Notes under the pieces: generated by a model
The model's input: the letters and a program-made list of their open reading frames with translations, nothing else
Told to the model about the DNA's origin: nothing
Databases searched by the model: none
Virus record (IMG/VR): IMGVR_UViG_3300044646_002092
Location: 32,001 to 96,000 of that record
DNA length: 64,000 bases
Strand: one strand, 5' to 3'
Source of the DNA: a virus
Made by a program: the position numbers and the translations under genes
Shown: piece after piece, positions 1-9,457 of the stretch
Position numbering within the stretch: position 1 is the stretch's first letter
Layout of the letters: every line of letters starts with the position of its first letter

Positions 1-163
1 AAGTTGCCAAGTATCTTCAGTTCGTATATGACAGTGGCTTTAATAAAGGTATCTCTGCCGCCCACTCTCTAGCGGAAGAATGTTCTGTACCTGACTCTTA
101 CTCACAGCCTTGCGTCGATGATTTAGCCGTAGAGATTGCTGACTTGAAACGGAAGATTTAATC

Positions 164-337
164 ATGTACCAAATACAATTCTTTTCTGCCAAGCATAATC
201 GGTGGTTTTTAATGTGGCATCATGGGGAAGAAAGTCTTGCTAGGATGGTTAGATTTTTTGAAGTTATGTGTAATCTCGAACCTCGACTCAAACGTCGCAT
301 TATCGACTTAAACACTGGTGCAATCGTCTATACCTAA
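164..337 (+). CDS. small hypothetical protein (57 aa, MYQIQFFSAK...)
   Basis: ATG at 164 to TAA at 335-337, read manually; below the ORF-track cutoff. Confidence 0.5.
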   Translation: MYQIQFFSAKHNRWFLMWHHGEESLARMVRFFEVMCNLEPRLKRRIIDLNTGAIVYT

Positions 338-342
338 CTTTA

Positions 343-376
343 GACAGATGCACCAAACATCTACATCCCCTAGACT
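343..376 (+). promoter_or_regulatory. phage promoter motif GACAGATG-N20-TAGACT
   Basis: intergenic, upstream of ORF 406; one of nine copies with the same 20-nt spacing. Confidence 0.65.
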
Positions 377-405
377 TATAAAACAAAGTAAAACAACAAA
401 CACAC

Positions 406-1029
406 ATGGCAACAGCTAAAACCAAGTCCGATAATACCGACGTAGTTATTTCTTCAGCAGCAGCAGCGCTTGTTAAGGCGACCGCAAGTATCCAAGAAGC
501 GTTTAAGTCTATTGATGGATTGAATGAAACATCAGAAACCCTTACTCGCGATATCGCATCAAAGAAAGCTGAAGTTGCAAGTCTGGATGAGCAGTATCAA
601 ACCAAGGCTCGACAAGCGGAAGTTGATTTCAATTTGAAGCTTCAAGAAACGAAGGATAAGACTGTTACCGAATACCTTAAGTCAGTTGGTAAGGAAGCAG
701 TTGACACCTCTATCTACAGGGCGTTACAAAATGAATTGACCAAAGTTGTTGCTGAACGTGATGCAGAAGTCAAGAAGGCAGTTGCAATCGAGAATAGTCG
801 CTTGACTCGCGATTTCAACTCTGAGAAAGCGCTACTTCAAAGCCAGTTTGAAACTTCTACTGCCAAGCAACTCGCTCAAATTGAATCTCTCACCGAACGT
901 AATGGCGCACTCAGCAATGAAATCGCTAAGCTGTTCAAGGAAATCGAAGCTCAACGTGCATTGACTGCGGAAGTCGCTAAGGCTGGCTCAGTTGGTTCTA
1001 TTAACGTTGGCACTCCTAATAACCGTTAA
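406..1029 (+). CDS. coiled-coil hypothetical protein
   Basis: 207-aa ORF rich in A/E/K/Q heptads, flanked by a promoter and a terminator. Confidence 0.8.
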   Translation: MATAKTKSDNTDVVISSAAAALVKATASIQEAFKSIDGLNETSETLTRDIASKKAEVASLDEQYQTKARQAEVDFNLKLQETKDKTVTEYLKSVGKEAVDTSIYRALQNELTKVVAERDAEVKKAVAIENSRLTRDFNSEKALLQSQFETSTAKQLAQIESLTERNGALSNEIAKLFKEIEAQRALTAEVAKAGSVGSINVGTPNNR

Positions 1030-1059
1030 GTTTCACGACTGATTTGGTACACACTATAC

Positions 1060-1080
1060 GGCTCCTTCGGGAGCCTTTTT
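1060..1080 (+). terminator. intrinsic terminator
   Basis: GGCTCC-TTCG-GGAGCC followed by TTTTT. Confidence 0.85.
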
Positions 1081-1086
1081 ATTAAC

Positions 1087-1230
1087 ATGAACAAAGCACT
1101 ATTTAACAAAATCCAAGAACGCTACCTCGCTAAGATTGCAGAAAAGAATAGTTGGGGTAAGAATGAAATCAAACAGTTGTGGCAAGCTACGGTATCTGAA
1201 GTATTGGTCGAGAATTTGACTGATGAATGA
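1087..1230 (+). CDS. small hypothetical protein (47 aa, MNKALFNKIQERYL...)
   Basis: ATG at 1087 to TGA at 1228-1230; overlaps the next start codon. Confidence 0.55.
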   Translation: MNKALFNKIQERYLAKIAEKNSWGKNEIKQLWQATVSEVLVENLTDE

Positions 1231-1510
1231 CACTATCAATAAAATCGCTTCGCTCATGGCAGAAGAAGAGTTTGCATGGAAAGAATCTCAGATAATGCAA
1301 ACTATGTTAAGTGAGAATGTATCTTTGCCAGAGGAGTTAAGTAAACTTGGCTGGGGTTTTGGTCTAAAACAAGATTCTGGGCAGTGGAACGTACTTACTT
1401 GGGGTAAATTTACGTCTTGCAACTTTGTCGAGGAGTCGCGGTTTGAGTCAAAGGTAAAACAAGAGTTTGAGGCTATTTGTAAAGAGGCTATGCAGAGGGA
1501 ATTAAGTTAA
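1223..1510 (+). CDS. hypothetical protein
   Basis: 95-aa ORF coupled to its neighbours. Confidence 0.65.
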   Translation: MNDTINKIASLMAEEEFAWKESQIMQTMLSENVSLPEELSKLGWGFGLKQDSGQWNVLTWGKFTSCNFVEESRFESKVKQEFEAICKEAMQRELS

Positions 1511-2130
1511 TGTTGAAAAATTTTGAAGTTGAGTGGAATAATATAGAGGATTTATCTAAATTACATAAAATTATAAAAGCGAGAATTTGCTCTTTAAAAT
1601 CCGATGGAGCTACTTTTGCTAGTAAGGAAGAAAAAAGGAAAATGATTCTAGATTGTTGTTTTTCAATTTATGAAGCAAATCTAGACCATATATTTGTAAA
1701 AGACAAAGATGCGGCAAGTAATTATTATATCTACGCACATTGCAACCCACTACAGGAATTAGATGCTATTTGCAAAGCTAAACCTGCTTTTGCGGCTACA
1801 TTAGGCTTAAATTTTGTTCCTTTCTATGTTGGAAAAGGTACGGGAGATAGAGCTTATAAACTAGAGCGTAATGAGACTTATAGGAAAGTCATGCAATTAC
1901 TAAATGCTAGAAATTTAAAACCAGACATAAAAATAGTCTCTAATAACTTACAAGAAGCTAAAGCATTAGAATTGGAAGCTAAATTAATAGATATTTTTGG
2001 TCTACAAATTTACGGTGGTTGGTTGACAAATTTAGATGAAGGTCACGACTCTAAGTTAAGAAGGCAGAGGTATGCTAAAGAGTTTAGTGTATTAAATCAA
2101 AAACGTTTTCAATTGTTCTCGGATAATTAA
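1510..2130 (+). CDS. GIY-YIG-family (Seg-like) free-standing endonuclease
   Basis: YYIYAHCNP...FYVGKGTGDRA...EAKALELEAKLI...LTN matches the GIY-YIG core. Confidence 0.75.
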   Translation: MLKNFEVEWNNIEDLSKLHKIIKARICSLKSDGATFASKEEKRKMILDCCFSIYEANLDHIFVKDKDAASNYYIYAHCNPLQELDAICKAKPAFAATLGLNFVPFYVGKGTGDRAYKLERNETYRKVMQLLNARNLKPDIKIVSNNLQEAKALELEAKLIDIFGLQIYGGWLTNLDEGHDSKLRRQRYAKEFSVLNQKRFQLFSDN

Positions 2131-2149
2131 TTTCTACACCACAATACGC

Positions 2150-2184
2150 AAAAAGGAGATGCACATAATACATCTCCTTTTCTT
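2150..2184. terminator. probably bidirectional intrinsic terminator
   Basis: AAAAGGAGATG-N9-CATCTCCTTTT inverted repeat. Confidence 0.7.
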
Positions 2185-2426
2185 TACGCTACTACCAAGC
2201 TAGATTTGCGGGTAAAAGCTACAATTGAGTTTTTGCCATTTGTTTTCTTGTCCCATAGTCCTTACTCATAAAGTAAAAACAGTGATAACTCTTACTAAAA
2301 CGTCGATACCTTTATATGCCCTTGTAGTGGGGCTTGATAGTAGTTAATGGACATAGCATTAATCGAAAATGCGTCCGCCTTAGTTCAACGAAATCTTTCA
2401 AGACATATTAATATTAACATAACACT

Positions 2427-2651
2427 ATGAAAAAAGCTTGCGGTTTCCGCTTCCAAGGTCACTACGTCTACCGTCAATATTTTGAAGAGCATGGCAGATA
2501 CAAAATCATGGTGTGGGTCGCCTCTAATCCTCCAGAAGAAGAATTGTGCGCTGATGTTGCCTTCTGCGGTGACTCTCACAACGAATGTATGGACAAACTC
2601 AAGCAATGGCTTGAAATCAATAACGATTGGGTAAACAAAACAGATGCCTAA
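2427..2651 (+). CDS. hypothetical protein
   Basis: 74-aa ORF overlapping the next start codon. Confidence 0.6.
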   Translation: MKKACGFRFQGHYVYRQYFEEHGRYKIMVWVASNPPEEELCADVAFCGDSHNECMDKLKQWLEINNDWVNKTDA

Positions 2652-3003
2652 CACTAAATTTGAACTACCCGAAGACTTGAAAGAGATTACAGATTTCGGG
2701 TTTCAAGTCTTCCCAGAAAACGTTGTAGTTTATCCTCCTGATGTGTTGGTATTAACTTTAAATCACTACCCTTTAGAGGCTGTAGCTAAGTTATTTTCCT
2801 CTTTACAGACCACACAAATAAGATACTACGACATCACTTTTGACGGTGCATATCAAACTAAACTGAATCCAGATGGAACAATTACTTGCAGCCCTTACTG
2901 CACGGAAATTAACGGAAAGGAAATAGGCAGAACTCCTGTGAAACTAAAAATTCTGAAAGAGTTTAAATCAATACAATGGAAAGAAACAAATGGCAACACT
3001 TAA
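2644..3003 (+). CDS. hypothetical protein
   Basis: 119-aa ORF in a tightly packed operon. Confidence 0.65.
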   Translation: MPNTKFELPEDLKEITDFGFQVFPENVVVYPPDVLVLTLNHYPLEAVAKLFSSLQTTQIRYYDITFDGAYQTKLNPDGTITCSPYCTEINGKEIGRTPVKLKILKEFKSIQWKETNGNT

Positions 3004-3241
3004 AAACCTCAAACCAGACCAAATTCTTTACAAGGTCAGAAAAGAAAAGGCTGGTCGTACAACAATGACTCGTCAAGTACTCGATACCATTCGTATTATC
3101 AGTGTAGACCTCGAAAATGAGAAGGTGGTGGCTAGTTATCGTGGCAGGAAGGGAAACTATCGCGATTGGCAACTCAAGTCTTGGCGAGTTAAAGAACCTC
3201 AAGTAAAGAGTCGTGATATACTCGGAAACCCTCGATACTAA
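2990..3241 (+). CDS. hypothetical basic protein
   Basis: 83-aa ORF. Confidence 0.65.
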   Translation: MATLKNLKPDQILYKVRKEKAGRTTMTRQVLDTIRIISVDLENEKVVASYRGRKGNYRDWQLKSWRVKEPQVKSRDILGNPRY

Positions 3242-3251
3242 TCCTCCTCAC

Positions 3252-3285
3252 GATAGATGACCTGCCCCGACCATCACGCTATTAT
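3252..3285 (+). promoter_or_regulatory. phage promoter motif GATAGATG-N20-TATTAT
   Basis: intergenic, upstream of the 3318/3683 genes. Confidence 0.65.
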
Positions 3286-3317
3286 TTATAAGCAATCAAG
3301 CAAATAACTAAAAACAC

Positions 3318-3623
3318 ATGAATCCTGATACCGCAGTTGCTTACGAACCCGAAGTTGCACAACAAGTATTGGCAGCAATCGAAGAAGTTGAGCCAGTTAC
3401 CGAAGAGCCAGAATTTATCTCGAACGAAGACTATCGTGAATTGTTGGCGCTTGCTATCAATGATGCTGAAGTTTGGGTTTCTCAAGCTGAAAGTCTCATC
3501 AACAAGATTGACAATGGCGAAAAAATCAAAGGGACGAAACTAAACGGCGCTGTTCGTAATGGTCGTCTCGAAATTCTTCGCTCTTCACTAACCGACGTAA
3601 AGACTGCCAAAGTAAGCGGCTAA
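3318..3623 (+). CDS. hypothetical acidic protein
   Basis: 101-aa ORF downstream of the promoter motif. Confidence 0.7.
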   Translation: MNPDTAVAYEPEVAQQVLAAIEEVEPVTEEPEFISNEDYRELLALAINDAEVWVSQAESLINKIDNGEKIKGTKLNGAVRNGRLEILRSSLTDVKTAKVSG

Positions 3624-3682
3624 CAACAACTAAAATGGCTAGGCGCAATTCCTAGCCCTACTATTACAAGGAAAATTACACC

Positions 3683-4618
3683 ATGTCTTCAATTAAATTA
3701 GTCGCATCTCAAGCTTCTCGTCAACAAAAGCCTCTCAAATGCCTTATTTCTGCCCCTACAGGCGGAGGAAAGAGTCTTGGGGCATTGTTGATTGCTAAAG
3801 GTATAACAAATGGCGGTAGAGTCCTCGCTCTCGACACTGAAAATCGCCGCATGGATTTAAAAGTGGGCGACCCTCTTCTTGATGGTTGGCTTTGGGATAG
3901 AGTCGCACTTGCTCCCGACGAAGTGACTTCACATCATTACATTGCAATGATTGAGAAAGCTATTGAAGAAGGATACGAAGCACTCATTTTGGATTCTACT
4001 ACCCATGAATGGCAATGGATTCTCGCACAGTGGAGCGCTCTTGGCGGTAAATGGGGTGTTCAGTGGGATAAAGCTTCTCGTCCTCACTTCGACTTTGTGA
4101 AAGCAATTATCAAAGCGCCTATCCACATCATCTGCACAGCTAGGGCTAAGATGACTACCGAGCAGCAGACAAACGATGCTACTGGTAAGAAAGAAGTTGT
4201 AAAGCTTGGACTTTCTAATCAACAGGAAGGAAACTTCGAGTATGACATGGATTTTCATTTCCGTATCAACGGTACAGATAACTTCGCAGTTGCAGAAAAG
4301 CAGGAAGCTGGTCTTTTCGATGGGGCTTTTAAGATTTCCACTGAAACTGGAATTCGACTCAATTCTTTTCTGTCTCAAGGTGAAACTCCTGCTGAAGCCA
4401 AGCGTCGCGAACAGCGCTCTAGACTGAACGAACTACAAATGAAACTCATTGGTCTAAAGTTACTAGACAAGGCTCAGGCAGAAAAAGAAATGGCTGAGGT
4501 GCTATCGAAGCCTAGCGAAGAAGTGATTGCTTATGGTAAATCTCTTCGTGCTAAATACGATAAGGCTATTGCTGACGAAAATGCTAAAAGTGGCACTACT
4601 CCCGAAGTGGCTGCTTAA
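3683..4618 (+). CDS. AAA_24-family (Sak4-like) ATPase, probable recombination/annealing protein
   Basis: Walker A APTGGGKS, LALDTE, Walker B LILDSTTHEW, EYDMD; next to SSB. Confidence 0.8.
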   Translation: MSSIKLVASQASRQQKPLKCLISAPTGGGKSLGALLIAKGITNGGRVLALDTENRRMDLKVGDPLLDGWLWDRVALAPDEVTSHHYIAMIEKAIEEGYEALILDSTTHEWQWILAQWSALGGKWGVQWDKASRPHFDFVKAIIKAPIHIICTARAKMTTEQQTNDATGKKEVVKLGLSNQQEGNFEYDMDFHFRINGTDNFAVAEKQEAGLFDGAFKISTETGIRLNSFLSQGETPAEAKRREQRSRLNELQMKLIGLKLLDKAQAEKEMAEVLSKPSEEVIAYGKSLRAKYDKAIADENAKSGTTPEVAA

Positions 4619-4628
4619 TCAGTCTTTT

Positions 4629-4662
4629 GATAGATACTTCAGCTACGACTTTTCGATAAACT
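4629..4662 (+). promoter_or_regulatory. phage promoter motif GATAGATA-N20-TAAACT
   Basis: intergenic, upstream of the SSB-like gene. Confidence 0.65.
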
Positions 4663-4691
4663 AACTACATTCAAACAAAGTAAAAAAACAC

Positions 4692-5099
4692 ATGGCTGCT
4701 TTATTTTCTCAATTCGGTTCTGGCAAAGTTGAAGAATTTGTTGGTTACGTTCGTACTTCTCGTCCTGCAAGAGGTGACGACTTCGCTGGTTACGCTGACC
4801 TTGGTGTTTCCGTTAATACTGCTGCCAAAGGTGCTGAGCAGTATGCCCCAAGCGTTTTTCTTTCTGTTCACAGCGATGACGAAAGCATTGGAATTGGTGA
4901 CAAGGTTTTGGTGAAGGGTCTACTAAGAAGTCGCAAGGATGATAGCGGTGAAAAGACTTATTACTCCCTCGACCGCTACACTTTATTCCCTGTTGTTGTG
5001 CTTGAGAAGGCTAAGGCTAAGGATGCTGCGGCTACTACTACTAAGACTGCAACCAAGTCTGCTGCTCCTACTGTTGAGGACGATTCTGACGACTTCTAG
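4692..5099 (+). CDS. single-stranded DNA-binding protein (OB-fold, putative)
   Basis: beta-rich core with GDKVLVKGLLRSR, low-complexity linker and acidic tail EDDSDDF. Confidence 0.65.
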   Translation: MAALFSQFGSGKVEEFVGYVRTSRPARGDDFAGYADLGVSVNTAAKGAEQYAPSVFLSVHSDDESIGIGDKVLVKGLLRSRKDDSGEKTYYSLDRYTLFPVVVLEKAKAKDAAATTTKTATKSAAPTVEDDSDDF

Positions 5100-5108
5100 A
5101 TAAAACTG

Positions 5109-5133
5109 TGGGGGTACTTAATCCCCCCTTTTT
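5109..5133 (+). terminator. intrinsic terminator
   Basis: GGGGG-TACTTAAT-CCCCC followed by a T run, after the SSB gene. Confidence 0.65.
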
Positions 5134-5137
5134 AACT

Positions 5138-5650
5138 ATGGAAATAGATTTTTACGGCAGAAAGGGAATCAATAAAGGTGTTCGATACACTTTACTTATT
5201 GACCAAGAAGACTTAGACTTAGTGGTTGGTAAGACAATCTATTTAAGTGGTGGAAGACCTGATAACAAATACGTCGCATTCAATAAAAATGGTAATCCTC
5301 AATTAATCCATAAATTGATTGCAGAGCGTATGGGTCTTATTGGTGTTGTAGACCATAAGAATAGAAACAAACTAGACTGTAGACGAGAGAATTTCCGTCT
5401 CGCAGACATATCTAAAAACTCAGCAAACAGGCATACTTGCACAACTGCCTCTGGTTACAAAGGAGTCTTTACACAGACCTCTAAAACTGGAAAGAAAACT
5501 TACTGGTCTACATTAGGTTTTGAAGGTAGCAAAATAAAAGTATGTAGCAAGATGTCTGACCCTTTGGAAGCTGCTAAACTATATGATGCAGCAGCTATCA
5601 AATATTTCGGTGAGTTTGCTTGCACGAATAAAATGATGGGAAAATACTAA
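5138..5650 (+). CDS. HNH-AP2 homing endonuclease
   Basis: VDHKNRNKLDCRRENFR (HNH) and SGYKGV...EAAKLYDAAAIKYFGEFA (AP2); ATG at 5138 preferred. Confidence 0.85.
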   Translation: MEIDFYGRKGINKGVRYTLLIDQEDLDLVVGKTIYLSGGRPDNKYVAFNKNGNPQLIHKLIAERMGLIGVVDHKNRNKLDCRRENFRLADISKNSANRHTCTTASGYKGVFTQTSKTGKKTYWSTLGFEGSKIKVCSKMSDPLEAAKLYDAAAIKYFGEFACTNKMMGKY

Positions 5651-5706
5651 TTTCGTAATTGTAACATGGGCATCGGCTAGTCCTTTGCCCTTCATAACCA
5701 ACTAAA

Positions 5707-6039
5707 ATGAAGAACAAAATCACACCTCAAGACATTCAAAATTTACTAAACTCTGCCGAAACACAAGAAGCTGTCTTCTGGAATAAAGAAGTTGTAGTCT
5801 CTTATCGATTTCCTACTCGCAACGGGTTTTCTATTATCGGTCGCGGGGCTTGTGTAGACCCCGCTAACTTCGACATTGAGATTGGGCGTAAGATTGCTAG
5901 AGAGCAAGTAGAACATAAGCTGTGGCAACTTGAAGGTTACTTGCTACAACAGCAGCTACCTACCAGCGTTAACGTTACTCAAACAGTACAAGATGTCGTA
6001 AACAGTAACTTCACTGGTATTGTTATTGACAGTCTCTAA
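5707..6039 (+). CDS. phage Gp49/Gp66-family protein
   Basis: NGFSIIGRGACVDPANFDIEIGRKIA...LWQLEGYLL family signature. Confidence 0.8.
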   Translation: MKNKITPQDIQNLLNSAETQEAVFWNKEVVVSYRFPTRNGFSIIGRGACVDPANFDIEIGRKIAREQVEHKLWQLEGYLLQQQLPTSVNVTQTVQDVVNSNFTGIVIDSL

Positions 6040-6044
6040 CAAAC

Positions 6045-6206
6045 AATGTCGGTCGGCATTAAAAACATATCTCTTCCAATATTCTAGTATTGCCTAGATA
6101 CAGCACATCCGAGGTGAATCTACTAACTTGCTCACATAGCTTACTAAGACTCTTAGAGTACCAACGGAAGGACTGAGTTAATACTAGATAGAGGTGGTTC
6201 GACATT
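6045..6206 (+). ncRNA. candidate structured non-coding RNA
   Basis: nested long-range pairings 6045-6052/6199-6206 and 6083-6091/6180-6188; no ORF; terminator follows. Confidence 0.35.
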
Positions 6207-6212
6207 TACGAG

Positions 6213-6240
6213 GGGCGATGATTAAGTTCTCGCCCTTTCA
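6213..6240 (+). terminator. intrinsic terminator
   Basis: GGGCGA-N11-TCGCCC followed by TTT. Confidence 0.55.
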
Positions 6241-6263
6241 ATTTATTTACTTTTTCAGGTACT

Positions 6264-6908
6264 ATGACTAAATTACTTATCTCCCTCCCTCTTTCTGATG
6301 CAGCGCAGCGATTCTATGGTAGCTCTGCACCTACATACAACAAAGTTAATGACGCAGGTATCGACTTGCCATTTGTCAGCGATGTGAAGCCTTATGATGC
6401 TGAAGTTGTTGAGACTATCGGACTAATTAGCTTTGAGACTGTTTTCGCGATGTATGACATCAAAGTAGAATTTGTTGGTTTTGCTATTATGCAATGTGTA
6501 CAAGATGCATTGAAAGAGACTGTAAAATATTTTGTGAGAAAAGAAGAACTCATTCCTTGTCATTTTGATATTCGACCTCGCAGCAGTATTAGCAAAACAC
6601 CATTTCGTTTTGCTAATTGCACAGGCACAATCGACGAAACTTATCGTGGCATCGAGTATCAACACGAAGATATTATCAGTTTTTGGACTGGAGACACACT
6701 TGGTTGTTATCTTGACTACCATCCTCAGCTTGGCATTAAAGGTCGTAAGTCGTATATTGATGCTGGTGACCGATTGTTACAGGTGATAGCCCCTAATCTA
6801 GATTCTATACTGCACATTAAACTAGATTTCACAGAGGAAAACTGTATATTCTGGTCTGAAGTGGTTGGTAATAAGAATAGAGGGGGTTTTGGTAGCAGTG
6901 GAACCTAA
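6264..6908 (+). CDS. dut: dUTPase (trimeric type)
   Basis: DAGIDL, RPRSSISK, GTIDETYRG, GDRLLQ and RGGFGSSG motifs 1-5. Confidence 0.9.
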   Translation: MTKLLISLPLSDAAQRFYGSSAPTYNKVNDAGIDLPFVSDVKPYDAEVVETIGLISFETVFAMYDIKVEFVGFAIMQCVQDALKETVKYFVRKEELIPCHFDIRPRSSISKTPFRFANCTGTIDETYRGIEYQHEDIISFWTGDTLGCYLDYHPQLGIKGRKSYIDAGDRLLQVIAPNLDSILHIKLDFTEENCIFWSEVVGNKNRGGFGSSGT

Positions 6909-7124
6909 TACTTTTACTCATTTTCATCTGGTTTGGGTGGATTGCGTAGGCGCGATTACACTATACAAAATACCACTCGAACACGCTCCTAAATTTATAG
7001 AAGCTCAAGACTCCCCTAATGATATTGATTTACTTTTGCATTACAATCCTGAAGTTCAGTGCGAACAAATTAATATCAAGTGTCCCGTTACATTATTTGG
7101 TACTGTTATGTTTGTGGGTGGTTG

Positions 7125-8048
7125 ATGGCTAAGAAACTGTTTGAATACGAACCTTTTATCAAATATAAAGGAGAGGTAACAGAAGAGAATGGTAAGCGTC
7201 AATATGAGTCGGTATGTGGGTTAAAAGCGGCTTCGACAACGACAGTTCTATCTGCTTACGAAGATAAAGACTTCCTTGAGGTGTGGAAGCAGAAAAAAAT
7301 AGCTGAAGGTGAAAATCCCGATGACATTTCAGAAGAGTCTGCGCGGGTAGGAAGTCGCTCTCACGAATATATCGAGTCATACTTAATCGATGGAGTATAT
7401 CCATTAGGCAATCTTGTTGAGCAAAAATTAGCTTGTGTTGCCATCGATAACTTCTACAGCCATGTAGACCCTGAAAATTCGCAATGTGAGCAGCCATTAT
7501 TTTACGACGGTCGCCTACAGAAAAATCCTGAGCCGTTCGTATTGGCTGGCAGATACGATAACCTTGTGAAAATTCCCGATAATACTTTTAAAATTGTAAA
7601 AACAGGAGAAATACTACCAGAAAAATTTGTTATATGCGATTTAAAAACGAAAAGAAGTTATGACAAACTTAAGAAGGGTGGTGTTAAACTGAAAAGCTTG
7701 CCAAGAATGGATAGTTGCGATTTCATGTTTAAGAATTGTCTTCAAGCATCCTTCTACGCTGCTGCGCTTACTTTGGGTACAGATTTCAAGGAAAAGTACG
7801 GTGCTGGAATAACTGGGGCAATTCTCGTATATGTGAATGAAGAACGAAGTAGGCTGGCGTACATCTCACATTCGGATTTAAACTATTATTGGAAGATTTT
7901 CAAGAATATTTTACGAGATTTTTATGGTATTAAGCCACTAGAAAAATCGTGGAAGCAGCTTATACAGGAGAGTAACTGGCGACCAGATTATGTGAATGGT
8001 GGTTATACAAATAATATTCCAAAGGAAATTGAGCTAATAAGACCTTAA
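7125..8048 (+). CDS. PD-(D/E)xK exonuclease
   Basis: VGSRSHEYIE, CEQPL, AGRYD, ICDLKT, QASFYA; ATG at 7125 overlaps the upstream TGA. Confidence 0.8.
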   Translation: MAKKLFEYEPFIKYKGEVTEENGKRQYESVCGLKAASTTTVLSAYEDKDFLEVWKQKKIAEGENPDDISEESARVGSRSHEYIESYLIDGVYPLGNLVEQKLACVAIDNFYSHVDPENSQCEQPLFYDGRLQKNPEPFVLAGRYDNLVKIPDNTFKIVKTGEILPEKFVICDLKTKRSYDKLKKGGVKLKSLPRMDSCDFMFKNCLQASFYAAALTLGTDFKEKYGAGITGAILVYVNEERSRLAYISHSDLNYYWKIFKNILRDFYGIKPLEKSWKQLIQESNWRPDYVNGGYTNNIPKEIELIRP

Positions 8049-8082
8049 GATAGATGACGCGCCTACTTCTATACCCTAAACT
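8049..8082 (+). promoter_or_regulatory. phage promoter motif GATAGATG-N20-TAAACT
   Basis: intergenic, upstream of the primase-helicase operon. Confidence 0.65.
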
Positions 8083-8088
8083 ACAGCA

Positions 8089-8604
8089 ATGAGCAGAAAC
8101 ACACCCGCATCAATCTTTGAACTTAGTCGAACCGTAATGGAAGTTCATCAGTTTATTAAGTTATGGGAGTATGGAAGATTAGATTGGAATACTTGTCTTT
8201 TGGAAATGCACAAAGCTTTAGTGCAAAGATGTATCGAGTTAAACGACAAGTGGGAGGTTGGTTTGAATATATCTGAGAAGTTATTTGCTATATCTGAAAA
8301 CTGCCAACCTCAACCATATCCAGAAGCAAAATTGTTTGAATACAGCAAACTAGAACAACAACAAAATGTAATTCGCTGTATTCGTATTGTTGCAAATGTC
8401 TATTTTAACCTTCTAGATATTGCAAAACAAAAAGCAAGGGACAGACAAATTGAGCGCATTATGTGCTATAAAGATGGGCGCAGGGAATTTCACTACAGCG
8501 ATGGTCACGTAGAGGCTTGGGAAAATGACGGGCAACTTCTTAATTTTGAAGTACACACACAAACTGAAGAACCTAGAAAACCACAAGACTTGGATATTAG
8601 CTGA
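8089..8604 (+). CDS. hypothetical protein
   Basis: 171-aa ORF; 3' end overlaps the primase ORF. Confidence 0.6.
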   Translation: MSRNTPASIFELSRTVMEVHQFIKLWEYGRLDWNTCLLEMHKALVQRCIELNDKWEVGLNISEKLFAISENCQPQPYPEAKLFEYSKLEQQQNVIRCIRIVANVYFNLLDIAKQKARDRQIERIMCYKDGRREFHYSDGHVEAWENDGQLLNFEVHTQTEEPRKPQDLDIS

Positions 8605-9457
8605 TTGTCCTGTTTGCGGGGAACATAAACTCAAAATTGTTGCTGAAGGAACCAAGAAGGGCGCTTACTCATGCTATTCGAGCAGTCAATGCCATCTTCT
8701 CCGCAAAGAAGGTACAGGCTATCAACCAAGCTTAATTTCGGCTAAGTTACAAGAGGGAGAATTTCGTCCTCGCCGTAGTTCATCCCCAAGGCAGATACGG
8801 ATTCCAAAGCTTCAAGATATAGTAACTCCACGACCACTAAACCTCGCTGAAATCGATGTCACCCAATTCTTTTCTTCTATACCTTACGATAAACCTTGGC
8901 ACACTTTCTTTGAGGACGGTAAAAAATTAACAATCTATAAATATGATGATTTCACCGTTAATCGCATCGACCCGTCCCCCAACAGTAACGAGAAAAAGTT
9001 CTTCTACTTTCGTATTAAAAAAGACAACGGAGAATGGTCAAATGAAGTTCCTACGGTATTCCGAAATGTGCCACTCTATCGTAGTAAGTATATTTCGAGC
9101 CATGTAGTTTTTGTTGAAGGAGAGAAATGCGCGGCAGCGCTTCAGCAAATTGGAATCGCAGCACTGAGCTTCCCATCGTTTGTGTATCAACAAAGTTATC
9201 TAGCTAAGTTCTTAAGGTGCTTGAGCTACAAGGTGCGTAACATCGCCTATTTGACCGACAACGACGAAGTAGGAGAAGCCAAGGGACAAAAGTTCTTGCA
9301 TGAAGCTTGGAAATCTGGTATAACAGCTAGCAGCTACAACATCGCAGAATTATTAGGGCGAGGTGCAGAAAAGAATTATGATGCGGCGGATGCCATCGAC
9401 AACTGGGAAATTTGTACTAGAGAAGAATTATTAGGATTATTAAAAAATGCTGTATGA
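8525..9457 (+). CDS. DNA primase (Zn-binding + TOPRIM)
   Basis: CPVCGEHKL...C zinc finger; FVEGEKCAAAL and YLTDNDEVG TOPRIM motifs; start uncertain. Confidence 0.85.
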   Translation: MTGNFLILKYTHKLKNLENHKTWILADCPVCGEHKLKIVAEGTKKGAYSCYSSSQCHLLRKEGTGYQPSLISAKLQEGEFRPRRSSSPRQIRIPKLQDIVTPRPLNLAEIDVTQFFSSIPYDKPWHTFFEDGKKLTIYKYDDFTVNRIDPSPNSNEKKFFYFRIKKDNGEWSNEVPTVFRNVPLYRSKYISSHVVFVEGEKCAAALQQIGIAALSFPSFVYQQSYLAKFLRCLSYKVRNIAYLTDNDEVGEAKGQKFLHEAWKSGITASSYNIAELLGRGAEKNYDAADAIDNWEICTREELLGLLKNAV

